The notes under the pieces are model-generated. The model saw nothing but the letters and a program-made list of their open reading frames with translations, searched no databases and was not told the origin of the DNA. 64,000 nucleotides of DNA from an uncultured Gammaproteobacteria bacterium (GTDB taxonomy: Bacteria; Patescibacteriota; Microgenomatia; Levybacterales; UBA12049): the NCBI GenBank assembly GCA_964515545.1, contig CAZERI010000002.1, forward strand, positions 277,731-341,730, written 5' to 3'. Positions 28,890 through 37,525 of this stretch are shown here, piece after piece (positions within the stretch are counted from its first letter, which is position 1; every line of letters starts with the position of its first letter). Both the position numbers and the translations under genes were made by a program.

Positions 28890-30140
28890 TTAAAGACTGC
28901 TTCTGGCCAACTTTGTCCGCTCGAATTTATCTGCCATCCACCCATTGGGGGCTGTCGTTAATTTAGCTGAATTGAGGAGAAATCCATTCCTGATAGTGTG
29001 ATCCCCGAACTTATCATTAATACTATCCACAGCTTTAATTAGTTTCTCCTGCTTACGATCCTTTAAAAGGAGCGGTAAGGAAAGATGGGATGAATCTTCT
29101 AAGTACCCTGCCCAGACATTAATCCGGCGGACATATCCTACCGGTAGACCCCCATATTTCTGCTGCAGTATTTTCATCCCCAGCTGATAGAGATCAGATC
29201 CCGTATTAACAAAAGTAGTCTGAGTTATATGACCATGCACAGTAAAATCACCTGCCAAAAAAATACCAGCACTCCGGGATTTTTTATTCAACCGGCGCAA
29301 TTTCAGAGCTATTTCCTCATAGAGCTCATAAACATTTTGGAGGATTACCCGCTGGTTATGCTCATTGTGAGCCAGACAATACTGCCTCCCAACGGATTTT
29401 ACTGCAGGTTCCTCTGTATAGGAGAGAACGGGCCGTGGATCTATCCCTTGGCCGACATCATAGAGAAAATGTCCCTCCACATTCCCAAATTCACTGATAA
29501 GAACAGACAACGGTGCATTCCGCAGCTGCATAAGGGTTCTAATCCCGATCAGCTGGAGTCGTGCTTCAATCCGAGGACCAATTCCACAAATATCCTGGAG
29601 CTTAGCTATTTTATAGACACTCTCTACCTGGTGAGGATTAATAACGACGACCCCATTAGGCTTCTTAAGTCCTGATCCTAATTTAGCCAGCAATTTGTTA
29701 TATGAGACACCAATAGAGACGGTCAGATACTCTCCCAATTCCAGACGGAGACGCTTTTTTAAATGGGTAATAAGCCCTTCAACTCCACCATAGAGATGAG
29801 AAGAATACGTCGCATCCATAAAAAGTTCATCGAGTGAAAAAACTTCAATAAAAGGGGAGACATCTTTACAAATTGAAATAAATTTTTTACTTATCTCCCA
29901 ATACTTCCAGAAATCTGCAGGGACGAGCTTTATCTCAGGGCAGATACGGAGGGCATCATAGCTTCTTGTAGCAGTTCCTATCCCCAATTTCTTAGCCTCA
30001 CGGCTAGAAGCGATAATACAGCTCCTTCCATGGGTAGCTGTTACTCCCACAGGTTTGTTACGAAGGAAGGGATTACACTGCTGTTCTACACTTGCAAAAA
30101 AGGAGTCAAAATCTATATGTAAAATAATGCGCTGGTTCAT
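28890..30140 (-). CDS. dinB: Y-family DNA polymerase IV (DinB/UmuC-like), catalytically intact
   Basis: ILHIDFDSFFASVE (the first catalytic Asp/Glu cluster) and VFSLDELFMD (SLDE) are present, with palm, finger and little-finger regions. Start overlaps the upstream ORF stop as ATGA. Confidence 0.85.
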   Translation of the reverse strand: MNQRIILHIDFDSFFASVEQQCNPFLRNKPVGVTATHGRSCIIASSREAKKLGIGTATRSYDALRICPEIKLVPADFWKYWEISKKFISICKDVSPFIEVFSLDELFMDATYSSHLYGGVEGLITHLKKRLRLELGEYLTVSIGVSYNKLLAKLGSGLKKPNGVVVINPHQVESVYKIAKLQDICGIGPRIEARLQLIGIRTLMQLRNAPLSVLISEFGNVEGHFLYDVGQGIDPRPVLSYTEEPAVKSVGRQYCLAHNEHNQRVILQNVYELYEEIALKLRRLNKKSRSAGIFLAGDFTVHGHITQTTFVNTGSDLYQLGMKILQQKYGGLPVGYVRRINVWAGYLEDSSHLSLPLLLKDRKQEKLIKAVDSINDKFGDHTIRNGFLLNSAKLTTAPNGWMADKFERTKLARSSL

Positions 30141-30388
30141 GAACTTGCCTCAGGATCTTGTACATCCTCAATAGTCCAGGTTAAATTAGCAGTATTTAAA
30201 TTCAGACGAAAGAACAAAGAACCAGTAGCAACACTGAAGATATGACAAAGGGTATGACCTGACTCACGAGTGTGGTGGTAACCAATCTCCGTAACTGTAT
30301 AAACTCTGCCTCGCCATTTAATGCGCCAGGGATATGCTTTTCCATTCTCATTATCATAGACAGTAATAACACTTGCTTTCTCATTCAT
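30137..30388 (-). CDS. Hypothetical 83-aa protein between lexA and dinB (possible polymerase accessory factor)
   Basis: ATG start 11 nt after the lexA stop. Its stop overlaps the dinB ATG. No family recognised. Confidence 0.45.
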   Translation of the reverse strand: MNEKASVITVYDNENGKAYPWRIKWRGRVYTVTEIGYHHTRESGHTLCHIFSVATGSLFFRLNLNTANLTWTIEDVQDPEASS

Positions 30389-30398
30389 GATTGAAAGA

Positions 30399-30968
30399 CT
30401 ACCGATATTTTCTGATTACACTGGCGACTACACCGCCGATCAGCAGACTTTCTTGAGGCTTAATAATAGGATAGGAGCGATTCGCAGGCACTAGATATAT
30501 CTTCCCGTTTTGCTTCTTAAAATATTTTACTGTCCACTCACCATCTACATTGGCAGCGACTACATCTCCATCACGAACCATAGCATCTTTTTCCACAATA
30601 ACAATGTCGCCGTCATGAATCCCTGCATCGTTCATAGAGTCTCCTCGGACAGTGAGCGAAAAAATCTCTCCAGGCATATCTAAAAGATACTCATAGAAGT
30701 CGATGCTATCCCCCAAGGATCCCTCAACAGGAGCAGGGTAACCTGCCCTAATAAGTCCCAAATGGGGGATATGGAAAAGCTTTTTGGGAAGGAGTTTACC
30801 CTTTTCATCCTTCTCCAAAATCTCTGCTTCTATTAATTTATTAACGAGATAAACTGCAGCATTCTTAGAAGAGTAGCCAAACATCTCACAAATTTCCTGA
30901 TACGAAGGAAGACGACGCTGCTGTTTATAAAATTTTCGTAAATTTCTGATTGCTTTATCTAGATCCAT
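30399..30968 (-). CDS. lexA: LexA repressor (wHTH plus S24 self-cleaving peptidase)
   Basis: N-terminal wHTH (SYQEICEMFGYSSKNAAVYLVNKLIEAEIL), Ala-Gly cleavage site (IRAGYP), Ser nucleophile (RGDSMNDAG) and Lys (VKYFKK). Confidence 0.85.
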   Translation of the reverse strand: MDLDKAIRNLRKFYKQQRRLPSYQEICEMFGYSSKNAAVYLVNKLIEAEILEKDEKGKLLPKKLFHIPHLGLIRAGYPAPVEGSLGDSIDFYEYLLDMPGEIFSLTVRGDSMNDAGIHDGDIVIVEKDAMVRDGDVVAANVDGEWTVKYFKKQNGKIYLVPANRSYPIIKPQESLLIGGVVASVIRKYR

Positions 30969-30972
30969 ATAC

Positions 30973-31012
30973 TGTACGTTTGTACAACTACTATACTTGT
31001 ACGATCGTACAA
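30973..31012. promoter_or_regulatory. Two adjacent GTAC-N4-GTAC palindromes (TGTACGTTTGTACA at 30973-30986 and TTGTACGATCGTACAA at 30997-31012). Candidate LexA operators (SOS boxes).
   Basis: Box 2 is a perfect 16-bp palindrome. Both lie within 45 bp upstream of the lexA start. Their positions relative to the -35/-10 hexamers are listed in the next feature. Confidence 0.5.
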
Positions 31013-31018
31013 CGTCAA
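30990..31018 (-). promoter_or_regulatory. Sigma70-like promoter of the lexA operon (TTGACG-17-TATAGT on the minus strand)
   Basis: Minus-strand reading gives TTGACG, then ttgtacgatcgtacaag, then TATAGT. The -35 element is forward 31013-31018 and the -10 element is forward 30990-30995. Box 2 fills the spacer and box 1 lies between the -10 and the ATG. Confidence 0.45.
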
Positions 31019-31083
31019 GATGACAAACTAGATCAAAAATGATTAAAATTATAGGGAGGGAAAGAAGAAATGATCATACCACT

Positions 31084-31476
31084 CTATTTCAGTCTTTCTA
31101 AAACGCCTTTACGCTTTACTATGTTTTTATAATCCCATTGAATTTCTTTAGCTTTTTTGAGCCAACGTTGTAAATCATCTCTTTTGATTTCGTCAAGTGA
31201 ATTGTAAAAAATAGAAGCGTCTTTGAATTTGCCTGTACCTGGTTTGAGGTTTGACTCATTAAAATCAACTCCACTCCAGAACATGAGACGGATGCCTTTC
31301 TTTTGTTTACTATATCCAACAATTGGATTACCCTCCAAGAACCAAACAGGATGGGAGTGCCAAATCTTACTCTCAGCATCACTAAGAGTCCTCTCAATCA
31401 CTTTACCTAATAAGTCACAAATATCTTTATCTTCAGTGGTTTGAGAGGTATTGTAGGCTTGAATACCTTTATTCAT
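31084..31476 (-). CDS. DUF1801 (YdhG-like) domain protein
   Basis: Family-like core around IWHSHPVWFLEGNPIVGY. Internal ATG (MNKGIQAY) chosen to avoid overlap with the upstream gene. Confidence 0.4.
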   Translation of the reverse strand: MNKGIQAYNTSQTTEDKDICDLLGKVIERTLSDAESKIWHSHPVWFLEGNPIVGYSKQKKGIRLMFWSGVDFNESNLKPGTGKFKDASIFYNSLDEIKRDDLQRWLKKAKEIQWDYKNIVKRKGVLERLK

Positions 31477-31481
31477 AGTTA

Positions 31482-32036
31482 TTAAGCTTGCGTCGGACCA
31501 AGGAGAGACCAATTATGTGACACTTCGGGAACGCTACACATACTGCGGTTAAAGCAGCATGGCCTTCGCATACCTTTATTCAATTTATCAAGCATTACGT
31601 CAAGATGCTTTTCACGAGTTTCCTGAGTCTTTACAGCTCGAACCCAGCGGATCCAATCCCAGTGAGCCAGAGGACTAATTTCATTCCAGATATTCTGAGC
31701 TTTTGCAGATGTAGATAGCGCTTTCTTCATATCCTCAGGTAGTTCAGGTTCGATCCATTCTTTCGTGGATTCCATCTCAACTTTAACTATATCACCAGCC
31801 TGAGCCTTGGCTTCTGAAAGTAACTTTTTACTAGGAGCAAACCAGTGACTTGGTTTTAAGCCTTTTCCATACTTTCCATCTGGTTCCAGAAGTGTTTGAA
31901 ACGTAACACCATTTAGCGTACCTTTGACCATCGTCATACCACGGGAGGGGAGCTTGGCACTCTCTTCAGGTGGTAAATGGAGGATAGTCCAGTCGTGGAT
32001 TTTAAATAGCTTTGTCTCAAATTTAATCGCAGCCAT
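31482..32036 (-). CDS. DUF1905 plus YdeI/OmpD-associated family protein
   Basis: N-terminal DUF1905-like beta region (KIHDWTILHLPPEESAKLPSRGMTMVKGTLNG) and C-terminal YdeI-like helical region. Confidence 0.45.
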   Translation of the reverse strand: MAAIKFETKLFKIHDWTILHLPPEESAKLPSRGMTMVKGTLNGVTFQTLLEPDGKYGKGLKPSHWFAPSKKLLSEAKAQAGDIVKVEMESTKEWIEPELPEDMKKALSTSAKAQNIWNEISPLAHWDWIRWVRAVKTQETREKHLDVMLDKLNKGMRRPCCFNRSMCSVPEVSHNWSLLGPTQA

Positions 32037-32230
32037 GTATCTATTATAGCAAAATTACTCCGAGAGAAATTAAGTTTTATAAAATTAACTACGCTTCACT
32101 GATTAACCAAAAGACGTGCACTCCTGGAGGATTCGAAATTTTATCCGACTCGTTATTTACCTATAGACTAATTTAGTGGATATACTTAACTGAGGCTAGA
32201 AAACTTGGGGTGGATGACAGTTCGACAGGC

Positions 32231-32533
32231 TCACTGTTGTTTACCATTCTTCGACAAACTCCGAGTTATACTTAATTTGATTAAGAGTTCTTTCTTGCCT
32301 TCAATGAGAGCTTTCTTCTTTGCAATGGACCATCCTTTTAATTGCTTTTCTCGTTTTTCTGCTTCTTGCCTAGTCTGGTAATGCTCAATATAAACAAGCT
32401 TAATATCAGAAAACTCTTTTGTAGCTATATTCTGTTTTAACTTATGAGAGGTAAATCTTTTTTCAACATTTGAGGAAAGCCCAATATAAAAAGTTTTCTG
32501 ATCGCAAAGAAGAATGTAAATAGCCCAGGGCAT
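32231..32533 (-). CDS. GIY-YIG nuclease-domain protein (UPF0213/YhbQ-like)
   Basis: WAIYILLCDQKTFYIGLSSNVEKRFTSH shows the GIY..YIG..R..H pattern. 100 aa. Confidence 0.6.
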   Translation of the reverse strand: MPWAIYILLCDQKTFYIGLSSNVEKRFTSHKLKQNIATKEFSDIKLVYIEHYQTRQEAEKREKQLKGWSIAKKKALIEGKKELLIKLSITRSLSKNGKQQ

Positions 32534-32571
32534 ACCTCTATATTAGGGGTAAAACCCTGAGCTTGTCGAAG

Positions 32572-32644
32572 GGTGGATGACGGGGATCGAACCCGCGACA
32601 TTCAGGTCCACAACCTGACGCTCTACCACTGAGCTACAACCACC
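32572..32644 (-). tRNA. tRNA-His (anticodon GTG) with encoded G-1
   Basis: Extra 5-prime G, anticodon stem-loop TCAGG-TTGTGGA-CCTGA, T-arm GCGGGTTCGATCCCCGT and discriminator C. Confidence 0.75.
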
Positions 32645-32787
32645 ATATTATAAAGTTGTATCAATTTCCCTGCACAAGGCAGGGTCAGCTACAACCACCA
32701 TAAACCATAAACTGATGGCAAAAGCCATCGAGAATATCCTACAGTATACCACATTCCATGTCACTTTTGAAGCTGGAGGGAGTAGGC

Positions 32788-34305
32788 TCAGCCTAAATCG
32801 TAGAGCTTAGTATACTTTTTAGTTAAGTAACTTACGAAGTACTTAGGATTCAGTTTTTCACCCGTTACTTTCTTAATAAGTTCTGACGGGAGATAAAGAC
32901 TTCCATGACGATGGACATTTTGGTCAAGCCAACCCTTAATAGGAAGAAGGTTGCCTTTCTCTAACTCTCCTTCAAAATCCACTTCTTTTTTCAGAGTGTT
33001 TACTAGCTGTGCTCCATAGAGATTGCCTAACGCATAAGCAGGGAAGTAGCCAAAAGCTCCATATGCCCAGTGCACATCCTGAAGAACTCCTTCACTATCT
33101 TTCTCAGGCTCTATTCCGAAATATTCAATACACTTCTCCCTCCATACTTTGGGAGCATCTTCAGGCGTTATTTCATTGTTAAAAAGAGCGTTTTCTATTT
33201 CAAAACGGAGGATAATATGAAGACTATATGTTACTTCATCGGCTTCGATTCTGATATTTGAGGGCTTAACTATATTAAAGATTCGTGCCAGATCATTATT
33301 CGTTGTACCACTCAACTGATCTGGATAAAAGCTTTGGAAAAGAGGTGTCATAAAGGTAAGGAATGCAGGGCTTTTTCCGACCATATTTTCCCAAAATCGT
33401 GAGAGTGCTTCGTGTATTCCGAAGGAAATTCCGCCTTCAAGAGGAGTTTCAGAATAATCTGGATTAATACCCAATTCATAAAGGGCATGGCCTGTTTCAT
33501 GCATTGTTGAGGTAAAAGATGGACGGAAATCGTTATTACTATACATTGTCGTAATACGGACATCATATCGATCAAGACTTGTGGTAAAGGGGTGAGGAGA
33601 GACATCAACTCTACCTGCATTAAAGTCATACTCCATCCTCCTCATCACCGATTTAAGTAGTAGTTCCTGCTCAGATCGGGGATAGAGCATTTCTCCTTCC
33701 ACAAATTGAGAAGTAGGGGAGTACTCTTTAGCTTTTTGAATACGTTTTACTAACTTGATAAGATCCGGCTTTATCGCATCAAAAGCAATTTTTGCTTTAT
33801 CAGCAGTCAATTCCGGCTCAAACTGATCTAAAAGAGCATCATAAGGATTTTTGTCATACTTTAAATGAGATGCTATGATCTGATCGATTCGGATAAGCTC
33901 TTTAAGATGGGGGAGAAAGATTGTAAAATCATTTTTTTCCTTTGACTCTTTCCAAGCCATAAATGCAACAGACGCAACCTTTTCCTTCTCAACAATTAAC
34001 TCTTTAGGGACATTAAAGTAGTATTTTCCGGCAAAATTAAGGTTGCGGACGATTGCCTGCTCTTCCTTGGAGAGCTTACTGGGAATAAGACTGGCTTTAT
34101 CCAGCTGATTACGAAACTTCGCATCCAGCCATAAATCTGTAATGAGCTCTGCTAAATGAGCTGTCTGATGAGACCTTCCCTCAGCAGCTTTCGGAGGTAA
34201 ATTGACGTTTAAATCCCAATCCAAAATTGCTTTAGTTTTCGAAAGAAGTGAGATCTGACGATAATGTCTGATAAGATCTTTTATTAAGGGATTTGTGACT
34301 TTCAT
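32788..34305 (-). CDS. Carboxypeptidase Taq-type M32 metallopeptidase
   Basis: HETGHALYE (HExxH) plus M32 family motifs (HEALSRFWEN, DVHWAYGAFGYFPAYALG). ATG at 34305 preferred over the upstream TTG at 34344. Confidence 0.85.
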   Translation of the reverse strand: MKVTNPLIKDLIRHYRQISLLSKTKAILDWDLNVNLPPKAAEGRSHQTAHLAELITDLWLDAKFRNQLDKASLIPSKLSKEEQAIVRNLNFAGKYYFNVPKELIVEKEKVASVAFMAWKESKEKNDFTIFLPHLKELIRIDQIIASHLKYDKNPYDALLDQFEPELTADKAKIAFDAIKPDLIKLVKRIQKAKEYSPTSQFVEGEMLYPRSEQELLLKSVMRRMEYDFNAGRVDVSPHPFTTSLDRYDVRITTMYSNNDFRPSFTSTMHETGHALYELGINPDYSETPLEGGISFGIHEALSRFWENMVGKSPAFLTFMTPLFQSFYPDQLSGTTNNDLARIFNIVKPSNIRIEADEVTYSLHIILRFEIENALFNNEITPEDAPKVWREKCIEYFGIEPEKDSEGVLQDVHWAYGAFGYFPAYALGNLYGAQLVNTLKKEVDFEGELEKGNLLPIKGWLDQNVHRHGSLYLPSELIKKVTGEKLNPKYFVSYLTKKYTKLYDLG

Positions 34306-34358
34306 ATGGTATGAGTTATACACTATCCAGCTTCCTTCGCGCAAGATTCTCTAAGCTA

Positions 34359-35339
34359 TTAAGACTTCAAGACAGCTTCTCCCACCAGTCCTTTTAATTC
34401 CTGATAGACGACATTCCTGGCTCTTGCCTCATTCCATGTACGTAACAGGTCTGACCGGAGTTCAATCTCTGCTGGCGTGAGACCTAGAGCCCTCATAGAA
34501 TCTTTACTTTTTTGGAAAATATGTATATGACTATGTTTTGAGTCATCCCATGGTCCGGGGTTTTGTACAAGCCTGGCTATCTCTGGCTGAGATACATTGA
34601 GAGCATTGAGTAATTTAAACAGCTTCAAATTACTTTGTAGCTTCTGAGGCTCAATACCTGGATAAGCTTCATACCCGTCTTTACCTTTTGCATAGACAAT
34701 ATGATCCCGCAGCTCTCTTATTGAAAGATTGGAATTCGAAACAAGATAGGCTTGGGCTTCTTTAAGTTCAGTAGATAGCTGCGGAAGCTGTGGAGGAACT
34801 GTAGCCTCAGCAACAGAAATACCTCTATATTGTAAGTCATGAGTAAATTCATGAGCGTAGTGAAGAAGTGAGATATGCATTCTCCCTGTGGCTGCAATGG
34901 AGAGGACACGATCTAAAAAATCAGGCTGAGAATGGGTAAGCCCAATTTTACGGGAATGAGGGAAGTAGGACGCACCATCACATTGCTTTCTAGCAATTGG
35001 GGATTCCCACTCAACCTCAACGCCATGCTTTTTCCCTGATAAATCTTCGTCAAAAAGATCTCTATCTATACCTAACTCCTCAAAATCCTCAATAATGCTT
35101 GGAACTTCGGCAGCGACACGAGTAAGCACCTCATGATGAAAGTCAGGAATTTCCTTACTTCCTCTGAGACGATCCTTTATCCTAGAGAGCGCTCCTCCTT
35201 CTACTACCGGTTTCATTTTTAATTCTTCTACTTGATCTGTAATTTTATCTACATCCAGAGTAATCAAAGAGGGGATTACACTATCTACTGTATGAGGGTA
35301 TTCAAAAAGATGAGCAGCCTTGGAAGAGAATTCAGTCAT
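34359..35339 (-). CDS. Putative zinc metallopeptidase (HExxH) of unknown family
   Basis: HEFTH motif within LLHYAHEFTHDLQYRG. The tracked start (35387) overlaps tRNA-Arg, so the internal ATG (MTEFSSKAAHLF) at 35339 was used. Confidence 0.4.
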   Translation of the reverse strand: MTEFSSKAAHLFEYPHTVDSVIPSLITLDVDKITDQVEELKMKPVVEGGALSRIKDRLRGSKEIPDFHHEVLTRVAAEVPSIIEDFEELGIDRDLFDEDLSGKKHGVEVEWESPIARKQCDGASYFPHSRKIGLTHSQPDFLDRVLSIAATGRMHISLLHYAHEFTHDLQYRGISVAEATVPPQLPQLSTELKEAQAYLVSNSNLSIRELRDHIVYAKGKDGYEAYPGIEPQKLQSNLKLFKLLNALNVSQPEIARLVQNPGPWDDSKHSHIHIFQKSKDSMRALGLTPAEIELRSDLLRTWNEARARNVVYQELKGLVGEAVLKS

Positions 35340-35354
35340 ATAACAAGGAGATAG

Positions 35355-35427
35355 TACGCCTGGAGGGATTCGAACCCCCGACCACATCGTTAGAACCGAT
35401 ATGCTCTATCCACTGAGCTACAGGCGC
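35355..35427 (-). tRNA. tRNA-Arg (anticodon TCT)
   Basis: GCGCCTG acceptor, anticodon stem-loop TATCG-GTTCTAA-CGATG and T-loop TTCGAAT. Confidence 0.7.
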
Positions 35428-35514
35428 AAATGGTATGCGTATTGTACCAATTTCACCACTTCTAGGCAAACTCTTTGGGTTTGACATAGCCTCATTATTT
35501 CCATATAGTTATAA

Positions 35515-36513
35515 TTGACGAGTATGATCACAAAGTTTTATCGTTATTTGCTCCACAACCAGGTTATCCTCTCACTTTTTATCATTGTCGCAGGCTGGCT
35601 TCTTTTTCAAATTAGAGGAATCATTGTCTCTATCTTTGTTTCATACATTATCATGGCAGCTCTCCTCCCAGGAGTTGTCTACTTGCGCAAGAAAAAACTT
35701 CCTAAGATACTAGCCGTCCTAATTCCTTATGTTGGTGTTTTTCTTTTTATCTTTCTCCTTATTATTCCATTGATTCCTTTTGTTCTATCACAGATATCCT
35801 CACTCCTTAATGGGTTTCCTCATTATCTAGATAGCTCTGCCACTGCCTTTGGCTTTCGTATCGACCAAACCCAAATTCATGACTATCTATCAAAAGAAGT
35901 GGGTTCGCTTGGAAAAAATGCCATAGATGTCACCAGTAGGATATTTGGAGGATTACTTTCGACGCTTACAGTCCTTGTCGTCAGCTTTTACCTGCTTAAC
36001 TATAATGATTCCTTCAAAAGAAAATTTGCCCAGCTTTTTGATGAAGAGGAGAGAGAGCATGTTCATGACACACTACAGCTTATTGACGCTAAATTAGGAG
36101 CTTGGCTCCGCGGACAAGTAATACTTTGTTTCGCAATCGGTCTGGGAACTTTTCTCATTTTAACTGCATTACGGATGGAATACGCTTTGCCACTGGCGTT
36201 AATTGCCGGCTTTTTAGAAGTACTGCCTACCCTAGGCCCTATCTTATCTGCAGTCCCTGCAGTAATAGTAGCGCTTACTATCTCACCAGCTATGGCAGTG
36301 GTCGTGATTATTGCTTACCTCCTCATCCAGACCCTTGAAAACAATCTCTTAGTACCAAAAATTATGCAGCATGCGGTAGGACTTAATCCAGTTATTGTAA
36401 TTCTTAGTATTATGATTGGAGCAAATCTTATGGGGATTGCGGGAGCACTTTTGGCTATTCCTTTTGTATCATTTGCTATAGTAGTCGCAAAAAGCCTCAA
36501 AGAGCAGAATTAA
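35515..36513 (+). CDS. AI-2E family transporter (PerM/UPF0118)
   Basis: 8 TM helices with the conserved GLLSTL...LPTLGPILSAVPA segment. Confidence 0.8.
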   Translation: MTSMITKFYRYLLHNQVILSLFIIVAGWLLFQIRGIIVSIFVSYIIMAALLPGVVYLRKKKLPKILAVLIPYVGVFLFIFLLIIPLIPFVLSQISSLLNGFPHYLDSSATAFGFRIDQTQIHDYLSKEVGSLGKNAIDVTSRIFGGLLSTLTVLVVSFYLLNYNDSFKRKFAQLFDEEEREHVHDTLQLIDAKLGAWLRGQVILCFAIGLGTFLILTALRMEYALPLALIAGFLEVLPTLGPILSAVPAVIVALTISPAMAVVVIIAYLLIQTLENNLLVPKIMQHAVGLNPVIVILSIMIGANLMGIAGALLAIPFVSFAIVVAKSLKEQN

Positions 36514-37100
36514 TTTTTCTCTGCAATAATAAACGTCCACGGAAGAGGGTGAAGCGTCTTTTTAATTTTTAATTTTTTACCCACAAATTTCCTAAATTGC
36601 CAGAACGTCCAGTGATTAATATGCTCGATATCATTGCCCAGGCGTGAGACGTTTTTCCCTCGCAATAAATTCCCCAGCATAAAGAAAGGCTCGTTAGGAA
36701 CAGAAAGAACTACATATTTTTTACTTACTCTGACAAGTTCTTCTAAGCCTTTTTCTGGATCATCTACATGCTCCAGAACTTCACTGCAGATAACTACATC
36801 AAAAGAGTTAGCCTTATATTTAAGATCATAGATACTGCCTTTTTTCAAAATAAGCTGTGGATGTTCTTTTTTACCTAATTTAATCGCCAAATCAAGATAA
36901 TCTACACCTTCTAGATGCTTGCCTATTTTAGCTTTTCGCAGCCTTTCTAGAGTAAATCCTTCACCACAGCCAACGTCTAAAATGCTTACAGGCTTGAGCA
37001 TTTTCACTTCACTGACAAGCATTTTATTAAAATCATTCAATAAACGTTGCTGAAGCTTACTTGAACTTTTATGTTTGCGATAATTATCAGTTGTGTGCAT
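36510..37100 (-). CDS. Class I SAM-dependent methyltransferase
   Basis: Motif I ILDVGCGEG and motif post-I acidic residue. 196 aa. Confidence 0.7.
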   Translation of the reverse strand: MHTTDNYRKHKSSSKLQQRLLNDFNKMLVSEVKMLKPVSILDVGCGEGFTLERLRKAKIGKHLEGVDYLDLAIKLGKKEHPQLILKKGSIYDLKYKANSFDVVICSEVLEHVDDPEKGLEELVRVSKKYVVLSVPNEPFFMLGNLLRGKNVSRLGNDIEHINHWTFWQFRKFVGKKLKIKKTLHPLPWTFIIAEKN

Positions 37101-37222
37101 GAAAAAATACCTTGAAAATCTTCTAACGCTGAACTTCCCGAAACGGGGATAGGTAACTAACTTTCCCGGAGGGAAGTCAGGCTTCCCTGTATCATCTTTC
37201 TCTTAAAGAGTAAGACTTTTTG

Positions 37223-37293
37223 AGCGGGTGAAGGGAATCGAACCCTCGTATCAACTTTGGAAAAGTTGTGTTCTACCATTGAACTACACCCGC
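37223..37293 (-). tRNA. tRNA-Gly (anticodon TCC)
   Basis: GCGGGTG acceptor, anticodon stem-loop CAACT-TTTCCAA-AGTTG and discriminator U. Confidence 0.8.
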
Positions 37294-37299
37294 CAACTG

Positions 37300-37373
37300 T
37301 CGGGGACAGAGGACTTGAACCTCCGACCTCACGGTCCCAAACCGCGCGCTCTAGCCAACTGAGCTAGTCCCCG
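37300..37373 (-). tRNA. tRNA-Pro (anticodon TGG)
   Basis: CGGGGAC acceptor, anticodon stem-loop CGCGG-TTTGGGA-CCGTG and T-arm GGAGGTTCAAGTCCTC. Confidence 0.8.
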
Positions 37374-37390
37374 AGTTACTTCAACCGTTG

Positions 37391-37476
37391 TGGTGCCGCG
37401 GGGGGGAGTCGAACCCCCACGTCCTTGCGAACAAGGGCTCTTAAGGCCCCCGTGTATACCATTTCACCACCGCGGC
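37391..37476 (-). tRNA. tRNA-Leu (anticodon TAA), long variable arm, 3-prime CCA encoded
   Basis: GCCGCGG acceptor, anticodon stem-loop GGGGC-CTTAAGA-GCCCT, 13-nt variable arm, T-arm GGGGGTTCGACTCCCCC, then CCGCGGC-A-CCA. Confidence 0.8.
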
Positions 37477-37525
37477 GTACTCTGTATTTTACTTTATACG
37501 TACTGCGAATTCAACCACAATGGCC

